A stretch of 64,000 nt of DNA. Source: Enoplolaimus lenunculus (lineage: Eukaryota). Under the pieces are notes generated by a model. It was not told where the DNA came from. It did not search any database and saw only the letters and a list, made by a program, of their open reading frames with translations. Where the stretch lies: assembly GCA_030248215.1 (NCBI GenBank), contig JASANG010000424.1, forward strand, positions 124,001-188,000. The letters are read 5' to 3'. Below are positions 1 through 13,533 of the stretch, piece after piece (within the stretch, counting starts at the first letter, position 1; each line of letters begins with the position of its first letter). Made by a program: the position numbers and the translations under genes.

Positions 1-155
1 AAGTTGCATACTGAGATTTCACACCATTATTTCGCGTCCCCTCTCGAAATTACGCGTGGTATATGTCCGCTTCATTGCCGCCCTCAGATACCTTCACAAC
101 CGAACAAAGTCCGTCCAAATGTTCACCTGTGCTTGCCCATAACATACGACCCTCG

Positions 156-3100
156 TCATTCAGAAGCCGCACCCTCGTCTTGACACCTACCCCTTGTCGT
201 GATGGCACCCTTTCGACCCGCAGGTCCGCCGTGTTCAGGATCGCCTCCTTTTGATTGATATCGGCCACTTTGATCCAACAGCGAGAAATGTCTAAATTCC
301 AAATCGTTGCCTGCGTTTTCTTGAGGCTTAAACGCAAAGCTTGACGTCATCGCGTTGCTACGTGCGTTTGAACTGCGAACACTAAGTGCAACAACAATTA
401 TAATTGCACATAGAATGACTGCGCTCACAGTAACACTGATAATAATCCAAACGACAGGCGCGGAAGTTTCAAAATTGTCGCCGGACCCGGAATTGTCTGA
501 GTGTTTGAGTGACAGATCCGGCAGGGACACTTTTAATTTGGACCATTTTCGAGGCCGGCGTGTCGTTGTTGTGGGTCCTGAAATGATATTCGATTTTTTA
601 AAGCATAGAGCTTACTATGAACAACGCGCCACAAATTGTAATTTGAGATGAAATAGAAAATATTCATGAAACAAAGGATTCATTTATACAAAGAGTGGAT
701 GATGCATACTTGAACAAGAGTACACAACTGAGTACATTCTGCGTAGAAAAGAGTGTATCTGGCACGCGTTGCGTTTTCGGCCCACCTCTCTTTATTTAGA
801 AGGGTACAACTTGTGCGAACCATGACACTTGATGTATCCGGCAACAAAAATTGCTTCGCTTATAGTTTAAATTATAGCTATTGCATGTGACAGCGACCCA
901 ACTCTAAACAAGGGGGATTCGCTAAAACGCAGTGCCCGGTGGTACATTTTGTACCATGCGGAATCCAAAAACTTGCTCACTCTTGTATCATACACTCTTG
1001 GTTATACTAATGATCCCAGTTCCCTCAAAACGATGATTCCGGCTAAAGGGGGGACAGATATTTATTTGGCCTCCCAGAGGTTACTCCCCTGTGGTTCGGT
1101 TACGGACTGTTATTTATTTTTAACTGACGCTTCGCCACTCTTCGTTACTGATCTATATCCGTTATTGCAATTTTCCGTTGAATTAAACGTTAATGCAAGG
1201 TTATACTTAGGAATGTACATTCAAAACTTAAGTACGCTTTAAAATTTCGAACTCAACTTTATTTGGTCCTAGAGTCATTTATGCGCTACAATTAAGGATA
1301 ATTGACATTTATGAACTATAATTAGTGTTTAATGACTGTATCCGCTTACGGACTCTCACTTGGCATACGGACTCCTATTGACTGAGACTCAAAATGGGGA
1401 CCAACCATCTTATTACCCCCTTATTCGGTTCACTACAGTACGTTTGAAACAAAACAATTTTGATGTTGGTTACCAAAAAACACTTTAAAGTCAACTTTAT
1501 TCAAATAAAATATTTCAAAAAACACCATCATCCTACATTGTGAATTTTGCTAATTTGAAATGGATCAACGGCTTTTGTACACTTTCTTCGCTATTTTGGT
1601 TAGGCTTAGGCTCAGGCTTTGGTTTAGGTTTATGAAAAGGTTGTAGGAATGTTTAAGCCTAAGCATTCTACATTAAAGGAAGTGTGCAAAGGGATGATGC
1701 AGACCTTTCTAAACAAGGGGCCGCATTATACATTATAATAGTGAAAAAAAGCTTGCAAGCGAAGCGAGTAAGAAGCCAAACGCGATTTTAGTAATAAATC
1801 GCATCACAAATTTTCAGTTTTGATCACTGATGGGGGGATGTTGCCTACACTGCAAGAAATAATGAGTCAACTTGAGTCTATCCAAAATATGCTCTACGAG
1901 ACTACACAAACATAGTCAAATTTGACTCCACCAGAGTTAAATTCGACTCACTTAGTCGCATGTTTGACTATGGTGGAGTATCGAATTTGACTCAGTTTGT
2001 GTAATCTCGTAGAGCCTATTTCGGATAGAGTCAATTTGACTCGCTATTTTTGGCAGCGTAGGTGGTATCCTTGGATCCGTTGGATCCGCACGCATATCAA
2101 AATCTAAGTCAACATACCTTGCGAATCTTGTTCTTGTCCCGTGTACTGCAACATTGCACTAACGTTTACACTATGCAACGGGATATCTCGTAATGATTTG
2201 GGTTTATGACACAAAATATCCGCCCTCGATTCGATACGCACTTGACCGACGCCTTGACCGGATGTTACATTTTGATACCATTCAACAAACGGAACTAATT
2301 TTGAATCGCATATAAATGGATTATCTGAAAATGAAATGGTATAAAACCAGAAGGATACCCTTAGCTACTTTCTGAATTTAGGGCAGTTCACCGGTCGAAC
2401 GGATCGTTGTCAGACAGCTTCTTAAGCCTAAACCTAATCATATGCATATTTCTAAATCTAACATTTGTAAGCCTAAGCCTAATAAATGGGCCCATGCAAA
2501 GATAAGGGGTGGAACGTTTTTCTGCGAGAATGCAATTTAGTAAGCTTAAGCTTTAGACTAATTTTTTGCTTAGGCTTAAGTATAACCGCATTGATGCGCT
2601 TAAGCTTAGGAATATGCTCAAACTACAATTACAGCCCTGTTCTATACATTGGCCATATGTCAAGAAAATGACGTCATAATAAACATTTGTATTGCAAGTT
2701 GTCGGGCGACGAATTGTCGTGACACCGTTCGCTGTAATTGTAACGTGACCCCGCATAAAATGGGGGTTTTACCCCCGTGGGCTAATTAAGCTCCTATTTT
2801 ATATTTACTGTTGTATATATATAGACCGTATTTCTAATCCTAAGCCTACGCCTAAGCGTAAGCGAATGAGCTTAAGCCTAAGCCTAAAGCAAAAAATAGC
2901 CTATTAAAGCTTAAGTTTTTATTCTGTTCCAGTTCCACAGAACAACATTCCGCTCCTGATCTTTACTGAAGAAAAAGTTTAATAGCAAAAAATAATATTT
3001 CAAACCAGAAAATGTTAACAAAGAAACAAATTTATGGCTCGCAAGGTATTCTGCTTAATGCTTCAAACTCATTAAAGTCTTAAACGCTCGTTTTAGCTTA

Positions 3101-6100
3101 TTCTATATTTGAATTAAAAACGCCGAAATCGTTATAAATAACAAAAATTTAAGTAAAATGTATCAAATTGAAGGCTTTTCAGACACAAAATGCTACAAAA
3201 TCAAACCTTACCAGCTAATGTAATTTCAGCTAACGCTTCTAACGCACCAAAATCTTCGGCTTCGATCCGCTTTAGTCTCCCGTGGTCCAATTTTAATTTT
3301 CGCAAACTTTTCGGCAACTGGTTAATATCATTTTGAGCAATCGTACCAACGGAAGTTTCACTTAAATCCAACACTCGCAGTGAGTTTGACCGTGTGAATA
3401 CGGCCAGGGATCCGTTTAACGACTTAATTCTAGTTTCAGCTAAAATTAACTGTTCTAAGTTTGCGTCTAAACCTCTAAATGCATGCCGGTCTAAGCGTTT
3501 TAGCGCATACGAGTTGCCAAGTTGCAGTATTCGAACGCTGGGCACCGCAGAGAAAGCGCCTGCAGTTACTGTTTTAATTTCATTTTGACGCAACCCTAAG
3601 TACGTCACGTGGGTCATGTTGCGAAGCCACAGAGGCGACACTTGGGAGATAAAGTTGCCGTCAAGATGTAGTCTTTCGATGCTGGGAGTATCGTCAAATA
3701 CACCAGCGTCTGAAATATGAAGCCCATAACAAGTATAAGGGCCGCTTGACGACGAGACAAGAGAACTGTGAGCGACTGGAAAGCTTAAGCTGAGCATTAG
3801 ACTTAGGATTAGCATTAGGCTTAGGCTTAGGTTAAGGTTTATGCTTAGGGTGCAGGCGCCTATAGTTTACATGGGCCGAAATATGAAGTCATCAACTGTA
3901 TAGACCAGCGGGCCGAGCATAGTCGAAAACTTTGGGCTTACTTCGCCGCTCTCGGCGTCTGGGTACTACACCTCCTAGAATTGCACACTATTAAATTCAC
4001 TGTGTTGATTTTAACTCAAAAAGAGTGAATCACTCAGCCTGAGTTAGTACTATTAGAACTCATAATTTTGAGTTGATTCAATTCATTCTGAGTTAATTAA
4101 CCAACTCACCCAGAGTCAACTCAACTCTGAGTGAGAATCAACTCAACTCAGAGTGAGTTAATGTTTAGTGATATAAATTCAGAAATACCCAACTCGTTAG
4201 CTGAATTGATTAATCAACTTTATTGGAATTTACAGTGCACTTACCTGTATGATTAATTGCGTTCGCTTGTATTGCTAACACTTTGAGCTTCACCAATCCA
4301 AACAGAGATCCAGCTTTAAGTTGAGCGATTTTATTTTGAGATAAATCGAGCAGCGTTAGCTCGTTGAGGCCTCCAAAACTTTCAGTTGGTATTTGTTGAA
4401 TTTGATTTCGAACGAGAGAAAGATTTTTTAAACTGGCCAAATGGCCAATTTCAGCAAAAATTGACTGGTTCAGTTGGTTTGAGGTTAAGATTAACTCGCG
4501 GAGTGAGTTCAGTTGAGCAAGTGTGTCAGGTTCGAACGATGTTATTCGATTTGACGCTAAGTTTAAGTACGTTAGATTTGGTGCGCCCTGAAATTAGCGT
4601 AAGTCTTTTGATTTAATGACATACAAATTTGTTTGAACTGTCTACTCGAAATAGTGACTAGGTTTCTGAAACCCTAATTAAGAAGTACGAGCTACTATTT
4701 TGCCGTCTTGCTCTAATTGAACTTGAAGACTCATGATGCCTCCTAAATATAAAGTAAACCAATGGCTTTCTTGCCATGACAATGGTTCACATTTGACGGT
4801 TATTTGTTTTTGCTCGAAAAGTTAAGTATTTACCGAAATCGACGACTAAAGTTAAGTATAACTTTAGCCAATACTTGAATACGATTTCAGAAACAAAGCC
4901 AGTAATAATATGGTATTGGATGGCTATTGTGACGCGTAAGAACAGTACAAATTTTTCACAGGAAGCTATTTCGTAATCCATCGTTAAGCGTTCAAAATCA
5001 ACCGATATATAAAGGTAAACGCCTTCAATTCAAGATCCACCCGTTCAACTCCAGTTGAAATTTCAGCTGAAATTGAATGGAGATTTTGAACGAAATCGAC
5101 CGATATATAAAGGTAAACACCTTCAATTCAAGATCCACCAGCTCAACTCAAGTTGAAATTTAATTTCAGTTGAAATTGAACGGAGATTTTGAACGAAATC
5201 AACCGATATATAAAGGTAAACGCCTTCAATTCAAAATCCACCAGTTCAACTCAAGTTGAAATTTAATTTCAGTTGAAATTGAATGGAGATTTTGGACGAA
5301 ATCGACCGATATATAAAGGTAAACGCCTTCAATTCAAAATCCACCAGTTCAACTCAAGTTGAAATTTAATTTCAGTTGAAATTGAATGGAGATTTTGGAC
5401 GAAATCGACCGATATATAAAGGTAAACGCCTTCAATTCAAAATCCACCAGTTCAACTCAAGTTGAAATTTAATTTCAGTTGAAATTGAATGGAGATTTTG
5501 GACGAAATCGACCGATATATAAAGGTAAACGCCTTCAATTCAAAATCCACCAGTTCAACTCAAGTTGAAATTTAATTTCAGTTGAAATTGAATGGAGATT
5601 TTGGACGAAATCGACCGATATATAAAAGTAAACACCTTCAATTCAAGATCCACCAGTTCAACTCCAGTTGAAATTTAACTTCCAATAAAATTGAATGGAA
5701 ATTTTGAACGCGTTCTGCTTTGGCCTGTTTTGATGAAACATGAGCCGGTTTGACGACAAGTTGACTGTCAAAATTGAACCCACCTTAAAACTTCCGCTCG
5801 GTATCACCCCTCGTAATCCAGTTTTTGACATAGTAACGGATCGAAGCTGTCTAAAATAGCCTCCATCAAATAGAGCACTCGGCAGCGAATGATTAGCAAA
5901 ATAACACGACGTGAGGGTGAATTTTTTCAATGACGGCTGTAGAGCATCTAGAGCCCCTGGGTCAAATTCTAAAACACCCGACCCCTCACAATTTTCAAAT
6001 TCAATTTCAGAAATGTTCAACGACGAGAATAGTCGTGAGCTGATTCGACTTAAACGCGATGAGTTGTTCGATTGTGGTCGTTGATTGGCTGATAGGCGGA

Positions 6101-7434
6101 TTTTGTTTGCGTACAACTGATGTATTTGATTCCAGTCTGAAAAAAAATTGAAAATTTAAATTTTTAAACATTTTGCATCTGTTGATAGAGGTTACATTTG
6201 AGAGTCGATTAACGATTAGTTAAATTCTGAGTCAAAGTTTTTTTACTCAAAAATTTAATGTAATTTTGACGAAATTTAGTGTTTTCAGCAATTGTAGAAA
6301 TAGTTTCTGAAACCACACGGCCAATGTATAGAACAGGGCCGGAACAGTGGTATAAACGTATTACTAAGCCTAAAGCGTAAGCCTAAAGCTAAGCAAAAAA
6401 TTAGTCTAAGCTTAGTCTATTGCAGTCCAGCAGAAAACGAAGCGCTATTAATGTACACATGAGCATCCCATTGTGAGAACTTCGATTTCATTATTTCTGT
6501 TCCTTAACTTTAGGCTTAAGCAAAAGTTTAACTGTAAACGTAAAGCAAGCGTAAAGGCCAATGCTCTGTAACAGTAGATTAAGCGTAGTCCCAAGCCTAA
6601 GCCTAAGCCTAAGCGTTGCAAAAGCGTATTCCTAAACCTAAGCCTAAGCCTAAGCAAAAAAGTAGTCTAGAATGTAAGCCTACTCTTTTAGAGACCGACC
6701 AGAAACCGGGACGGCACTAAAAGTAACATGGACCAGCATACGGGTAAGACTAGTCTAAGCATAATCCTTTATGCATAAGAAAGATGATAAAGGCTAAGCC
6801 TAAGTTATCGCTATGCCTGTGCCGTTCCAAAATGCTCTTTAAACTAACATAGGCTGCAACTTTTCGGCTTTAGGTTTAGGTTTAAGCTTAAAGAATAATT
6901 GAAAGTCTAAGCATAAGTTTGATAATTTCGTCGAAGCGTAAATCTCTGTCGATGCCCAGTGGGAAAATCAGACCCGATTAAAATTACTTGGGTCGCAGCT
7001 TTCGGTCTTAGGCTTAGGTTTAGGCTTACGATAAATTTTGGTCTCCGGAGGAATTGACTATATAAAAAACCCACCGCATAAACTATTGACTTACTAGCTT
7101 TTCGAATCAAATCTAGTGTCCGGTTCAAATCGTGAAGGGTGGAACCATACAAACACGATACCGTAATCGCTTTAGGAACAACATGAAATTCAGGATCACA
7201 AAAGCACGACGGACCATCGGCAGAGTACTGCGAAGTATCGTAAGACAGTAGCGATTGGCAGCCTGGAATAGGACTCGCTAGCCTTCCGTCAGTGGGCATG
7301 TCCACGGCCGTGGAGGGAGCCTGAGACCGACTGGGCAAAGCGAACACGAGTAGGATTTGGAATGTTGTTACAATGACGTGGAAAAATCTGAACATTCGGG
7401 GTCGGGTCTTGGGTACTAAATGTATAAAAGCCAT
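156..7434 (-). CDS. Leucine-rich repeat single-pass transmembrane protein (signal peptide, Cys-rich N-cap, many LRRs, LRRCT, TM, short cytoplasmic tail), 720 aa. Exons 7434-7095, 6136-5784, 4587-4245, 3709-3212, 2324-2118, 577-156
   Basis: All five introns are GT-AG with TTTCAG acceptors; phases join 1,0,1,1,1 and the total is 2163 nt (721 codons). LRR motifs include LTYLNLASNRI, LKNLSLVRNQI, LTLLDLSQNKI and IERLHLDGNFI. LRRCT DNPFICDSKLVPFVEW...LCHKPKSLRD lies in exon 2324-2118, which the ORF track misses. TM is VVWIIISVTVSAVILCAIIIVVALSV. The start could be the second Met (MFRFF...). Confidence 0.9.
1848..2058. mobile_element. Palindromic MITE family C (~210 bp); further copies at about 38786-38972 and 39125-39443 (the latter internally duplicated)
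   Basis: TA|CACTGCAAGAAATAATGAGTCAA...TTGACTCGCTATTTTTGGCAGCG|TA with nested GAGTCAAATTCGACTC palindromes. Confidence 0.75.
3986..4237. mobile_element. MITE family A copy in intron 3 of the LRR gene
   Basis: Degenerate CACTGTAAATT TIR at left, ATTTACAGTG at right, internal GAGTT/AACTC palindromic repeats. It ends 7 bp from the exon-3 donor. Confidence 0.8.
4988..5711. repeat. Tandem array of a 103-bp unit (~7 copies) bounded by 11-bp inverted ends, in LRR intron 2
   Basis: Unit starts at 5297, 5400, 5503 and 5606; ends are GCGTTCAAAAT / ATTTTGAACGC. Confidence 0.9.
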
Positions 7435-10400
7435 TTTTAATAAGTAAGATAATATTTACGCATTGCTGAGCTGAGTATTTAAATTAATATTCTTGCATTT
7501 TTGAATCTATTGCTAACTTGTGATTGGTGCTACTCTGTAAATTCCAAAGAGTTGATTAATCAATTCAGCTTCCGAATTAGTTATTGTCACCGTCTTGTGT
7601 CGTATATATTTTTTGTTTTTTTTTCAGTCTGTGCAATTTGAATCCTTTGATCTGCGCAGGAGCGTATGGTTATTGGCGTTTGTTTCGTATCAGGGCCTTA
7701 AAATGGTATGAGACCCGGGCGTCAGATGAACAAGAATTCCTATTTCATACGGTTCACAGGTACGGATAGCGCCCTAAACAGCAGTGGGCCCCTTGAATCC
7801 GGTCCTGGCGTGTTATTTCATATATATTTTGTATATATTTTAAAGCGTTGGTTTTTCACATTTTGTAAGTCGTTGTTGTTTTGCGTTTTCGTTTATTTTT
7901 CTGTTTGCTGCAAAATTAAAAAACGCCAGTGTGTTTTTTAAAAACTGGGGTAGTAGTTCAAACACCGGCAAATGTATAAAAGAGGGCGGAACATTTTTCT
8001 GTGTTAGCTTATGCTTTATTAAGACTAATTTTTCTTGCTTGGCTTAGGCTTAGGCAATTTTTCTTGCTTGGCTTAGGGTTAGGTTTAAGCTCGTTCTTGC
8101 GCTTAGGCTTAGGCTTAGGCTTAAAGGAAAATTCTTTATACGGTTCCGCCCCAGTTCTTTGCACAAACATCGTGTATATTCTTTACGCCTACTTTTTCAG
8201 TTTCGCCAAAAGAAGGATGGCCCTAAAAGCCAAAAACATGGACCGGTGCAACACCCAACCAGTCGTAACGGTAGTATAGCATATGCCTAAGCCCAAGCTA
8301 TAAAGCGTAAAGATGAGGCTATTCCTAAACGTAAGCCTAAAGACTATGTCTAGTAGAACGTTAGTCTCAAGCTTAAACTGACTCTATTTTACAGCCTGAC
8401 GGAAAATGTTACGGCCCTATTTTATACATGGGCCGCTTTGGCTATGCTTTTTATATTCTTTCCGCCCCTCTTCTATTGGTTTATTTTGACGGCGTTGCCC
8501 AGATTGTGCCTATATGTTGAGGGCCGCCCCTGCGTTTTGAGAAAACAAACACGAGTGCAGCACCAGACATATATTCCAGCCCTATACGAAAAAATTCGCC
8601 GTGAGGTCGGTTCATTTGGAACGGATGTTTAAAAAATTAAAAAAATTAAAAAAAAACTAAAAAAATCTATTTTTTAAAAACGTACTGTGGCAGTAGTGAT
8701 ATGGCAACTAGACTGCTATATTTCTGAATGCCAGCAACCATCTAAGCCCTAGCTTTAAACTACCCGCATCGCTGTTGGTGTTATAAGCAAAAAGGACAAC
8801 CATCTAAAGGTTCCAAATGAAAAATAGTAGCTGTAAGCGAATGCGATTTTGAAATTTGAGTAGTTGTCTACAGACATGTCTTCGAAATAAAGTGTAGACA
8901 ACTACTTAAAAAATAAAAGACGAAAATTATAACCAAAAACTTTATGTTTAAAAATTTCAAACGTATTGACGGTTGCTGTAAAACTTCTCCTAGGGCAGCT
9001 GCCGTTGAAAAATTAAGGAAGAGCCGGTTGACAGCAGTCGTCAACGGTCGATGAGACATTCCACACCCCGTACCCAAATAACTGTGGACGACGCATAATA
9101 TCAGTAAACATTAACTCACTCTCATTTGAGTTGATTCTCACTCTGAGTTGAGTTGACTCTGTGTTGGTTGATTAATTAGCTCAGAATGAAATGAATCAAC
9201 TCAAAATTCTGAGTTCTGATAGTCCTAACTCAGACTAAGTAATTCGACTCATTCTGAGTTAAAATCATCTCACTGAAATTTACACTGTACATCCATTTGA
9301 GTTTTCACTGGCCTAAATTTCAACCTATCACAAAAGAGCGTAAACAAGCTGAACGAGAGTTTGTATTATAAAAAACACTGTTCTTACAATATTTGGCTCA
9401 TGTATAGGTCATATGAGGACAGCTATTTGGCGCGACTGCAATAGAGTAAACTTAAGTTTTGCTTAGACTTACGCTCACGCATAGGCGTAGGGTCAGGCAT
9501 CAACTAGTAATGGGCCTAGAAAATTGCTTATACTACTACTATTACGACAATCGAAGTAACATTGGCCGTGCGAGTTTAAGCCTTAAACTTTTTTGCTTTA
9601 TTTTACGCTCAGGTTTAGGTTTAGGAATATGCTTATACTACTTTCACGGCCGTGATTTGTACCTTGGTGAAATATATTGAGGTAAGTTTGTTGTAAAAGT
9701 GCTAATAAACCAAAAGTGAGAAAATTGCAAAGTAAAAATATAAAATTCTTAAATTAATTTATGACTCTAAAGTTCGTTGAACATAAATTGAAAAACATTT
9801 AATGTGCGGGTTTCGCTCAACTGTTTTAGGAAAAACAACAAGAGGAACATGCAACAGCAATAGATTCCTCGGACCATGTTACTTTTAGGGGCGTCCAGGT
9901 TTTATGTGAGTCTGTAAAAGAGTAGGTTTAGTTTCCAGATTACATTTTTTCTGCTTAGGTTAAGCTTAGACTTAGAAATACGCTTGATCTACTGGTACGT
10001 CCCTAAAAATAACATTGGCCGACTCCTCAATGAAACATTTGTTTTAAGCCCCATTCACACGTGTAAATTTTTGCTGCAAGAACTCGAAGCAGAAATTTGC
10101 ATTAAATACTTGCAGCTTCAAGTATTTTAAAAGAAACATTCCGATTGACCAATCAAACTGCAGTTGCAAGAAATTCTCAAGCGGCTTGCAACTGTGTTCA
10201 TAGGTGCGAAATAAATTAAATCATATGAATTTCAGTGAATAATTTGCAGCCGTGTGAAATTCAATGCTGCTTTGCGACCAAACTCTTGCACATGCAATTG
10301 CACGTGCAATTTTTGCTGCAAAAACTTGCGCGTGTGAATAGAGCTTTACAATTTCCTTTCCTAAAATTTTGCAGAATAAAGTTGAGAAAACATATATCGT

Positions 10401-12031
10401 ATAAAATTAACTACATATTTTTTTAATATTTTAAGAAATTTTGACAAAAAATTTTTGTAAGTATATGAATTTCACTTCAAATAAAGACAAATTTAGTCAA
10501 AATGGAAACATTCTGTTCGAAATAAAAATCAACGTGAAAAATTATTTTGGGTCAAAATGCATTCTCAAGTATATCTTCAAAATTTGATGTTTTTTTACAT
10601 TTAGATTCCGCTTCGATCGTGTGTCAATTAACACATTGCTGTGTAAATATTTACACAGTTTCTGTGTCAATATTAACACAGAGTGATCTGTTCGGCCACA
10701 AACTTTCGCCTGCAGTCAAAGGAAACAATTTTTTCTCAAAATAAAAACTATTTTTTAATGTTTTCATAAAATCTTTAAACATTACGTTCCTAAAAACGAA
10801 ACTCTAAGTGTTTATAAAAACCTGAATTGTGTGGAATTGAGATGAAATTTTTCAAAAATACTTATTAAAATTAAGACCAAAATATCAAAAATTAAATAGT
10901 TTTTCTGAAATCATTCACAGTGTCAGTGTTTTTGCAAATAAAACACCGATGAAACATGACAGTTAGCACACACGGCCCGTGTAAAGATCAGGGACGGAAC
11001 GTTTTTCTATGGGACTGGAATAGAGTATATATTAAGATTAAGCTTTAGACTAATTTTTGCTTAGATTTAGGCTTAAGCTTAGTAGGTGTAACATCATTTT
11101 TCCCCTTAGGCTACGCCTTAGGCTTATTAATGTGCTTATACTGCTATTCATCCACTGTTCTCAACATTGGCCTTCCTAAGTATCAAGTAGTTAAAGAATT
11201 TATTATGAGTAGCTTAAACGGTGCAGTCTTTAGAAATCGCCTCTGAAATTTCTGTTTTTTCTTAGCATATAGACCACACTGTAAATTACCGTGAGCTGAT
11301 TTTAATTCAGCATGAATTGAAGAAGCCTGAGCTCTGAATTTAGGTTTTTTAGAACTCAGAATTCTGAATTGCCTTAGCTCATTATGAGTTAATTAAGCAA
11401 GTCACCTGGAATTAAATCAGCTTAGAGCGAGTTAATATTTACTGATTTTAACTCAGAAATGACCAAAAATAACTAATTTTCTCTCTGAGCTGATTAAACA
11501 ACTCGCTGTAATCGAACCAGCACACAAACAAAAACGTTTAAGTACCTCGACAAATCCAGCCGAATATTCTGTCAGAATTTTTAGTTCAAATCATTCATTA
11601 AAGAAAGCCACAAATTACGCGTTTAAAAGGCCAAAAATTATTCTTAAAATTGTTCAAAAAAGGAAAAACTTTTTAAAAATTTTGAACAATTTTTATTAAA
11701 TCAAAAACGATATTAAAACTGTACTGATTCAACGCGAAAACCAACCGACAAACAGAGAATATCTTCGACCAATAATGATGTCTTTGTCTAAAAATCTTGA
11801 ACAAAGTTTCTTTGTCACTTTTTTGACGCAAATAAATTACTCTTAAAATATTCTATTTTCGAGTAGAAAAACAAAAAAATGTAACTGAATTTAAATTCAA
11901 AAGCGAATTTCTGTCAAGAAAATATAGTTTCAGTTGAAAACACAGCCGTATTTGTTATAGTTTAAGGTTCAAATTTATCCCACAATAAAGGAATACAGAT
12001 TCTAAGTACTCTCATTAACGTTAACAATTTT

Positions 12032-12258
12032 GGTCCATGTAAAGATCAGGGCGGAACGTTTTTCTGTGGGACTAGAAAAGAGTAAGCTTGAAAGCTTTAG
12101 ACTAGTTTTTTTACTCGGCTTAGCCTTAGGCTTAGGCAAGACTTAGATATATGCTCATTCTTACGCTTAGGCTTAGCATTAGGCGTAGGCTTTACGCTTA
12201 GGCTTAGGCTTAGGAATTTGCGTATAATACTGTTCCGCCCCTGTTATTTACATTGGCC
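12032..12258. mobile_element. MITE family B carrying degenerate (TTAGGC)n, with 8-bp TSD
   Basis: ACAATTTT|GGTCCATGTAAAGATCAGGGCGGAAC...TTCCGCCCCTGTTATTTACATTGGCC|ACAATTTG. Confidence 0.82.
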
Positions 12259-12339
12259 ACAATTTGTGAGTTTTATGCACAGCAAAAAAATTTTCATAAG
12301 CTGTGAGACATCTTGTGCTCAAAGCGTCAAGCATACATA

Positions 12340-13533
12340 CAGGGTGTTTCAGAAGTAACTCCCACGACGATCTCTCCCTGAAAAAATCTGTGTTGTAAAA
12401 CTTTACTATAAATACGGAAATTATGCTGAAGTCTCACGCCAGTGGAAAAATCATTTCAACTCAATCCCTCCTATTCGCAAGACGATGACTGATATTATTT
12501 CCAGATTCGAGGACACTGGTAGTGTAGCGGAACGGCTGAGGCCGGGTCGTCCAAGGTCTGCCACAAGTGGGGAGCAGAAAGCTGCATTAAGCGCTGCGGT
12601 ATTCAGGAGCCCCCAGAAGTCAACTCGAAGGACTTCCCTCCAGCTGGGTATTCTCACACTTCCGTTTTTTGCCTTTACAAGGAGCTTAACTTGAAGCCCT
12701 TTCGACCCCGTCTTACCCATGGAATCTCTGATGATGATTTCGATCGCAGAGCCCAGTTTTGTCAGACATTTATGGACATGGTGGAAAGCAGTGCGTTGGA
12801 CCTTGAACGCATTTTGTGGACCGACGAGGCAGTTTTCAAGCTCAATGGTCATGTTAATCGCCATAATTGTTTATTTGTCTGAAGACTATCCACATGTCAC
12901 GATTAGCAAAGAGGTCAACGCCCCTGAAGTCTGTGTTTGGGCCGGAATTTGTTCACACGGCATCGTTGGTCCATTCTTTTTTGGACGGAAATGTCAATAA
13001 AACCAGCTATTTGGAACTTTTATCTGTGAATGTCTACCCGCAAATCGCAACTGAGGACCTTGTTTTCATGCATGACGGAGCCCCAGCTCACTACGCTACC
13101 GAACTCCGCGCTTGGCTGGACGAAAGGTTCCCGAATCGATGGATCGGCCGCAGAGGTACCATCGAGAGGCCAGCTAGGTTACCAGACTTAACTCCGCCTG
13201 ACTTCTTTCTTTGGGGTGTTGCGAAAGAAGATGTTTATGGAAGTAGGGCGAAGGACCCTCAAGAATTGATGACAGAATAAAATCAGCGTTTTCTAAAATT
13301 CCAGTGGACTTATGCGCCAAAGTTTGCCGATCTGTACCATCCGGACTGGAGAAATGCATTCAGCTTGGCGGTGCACAGACAGAGCTGTTCTGAGATCTCT
13401 CGTCGTAATGTAAAGTAAACTTTTAATACTTTTAATACTTGTTTATAATTATACAAAAAACAGGCGAGCTACCTCTGCCCAGTCAACCGATAGTTAGCAT
13501 CAAACAGTCTGTAGTTACTTCTGAAACACCCGG
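12340..13533 (+). mobile_element. Tc1/mariner transposon, DD41D (rosa/Visitor) family, with 21-bp TIRs and TA target-site duplication
   Basis: TA|CAGGGTGTTTCAGAAGTAACT ... AGTTACTTCTGAAACACCCGG|TA (20/21 match), enclosing transposase homology. Confidence 0.93.
12362..13393 (+). pseudogene. Frameshifted DD41D transposase (N-terminal HTH of the DUF4817 type plus DDD catalytic domain)
   Basis: Pieces lie in different frames: SRFEDTGSV...RPGRPRS; ILWTDEAVFKLNGHVNRHNC; VCVWAGICSHGIVGPFFF; FMHDGAPAH...RWIGRRG...PDLTPPDFFLWG. There are 41 residues between the 2nd and 3rd catalytic Asp. Several frameshifts and no start codon. Confidence 0.88.

Noticed and set aside
4998..5700. Regularly spaced repeats that might suggest a CRISPR array (also 19445-19732)
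   Set aside because: The units are contiguous with no unique spacers, there are no cas genes, and the context is eukaryotic.
5658..5783. In-frame read-through past LRR exon 2 giving an LRR-like VGSILTVNLSSNRL
   Set aside because: AAG|GTGGGT is a usable phase-0 donor joining cleanly to GAPNLTYLNLASNRI, and the read-through stops in the tandem array. Probably coincidence, though a truncated secreted isoform is not excluded.
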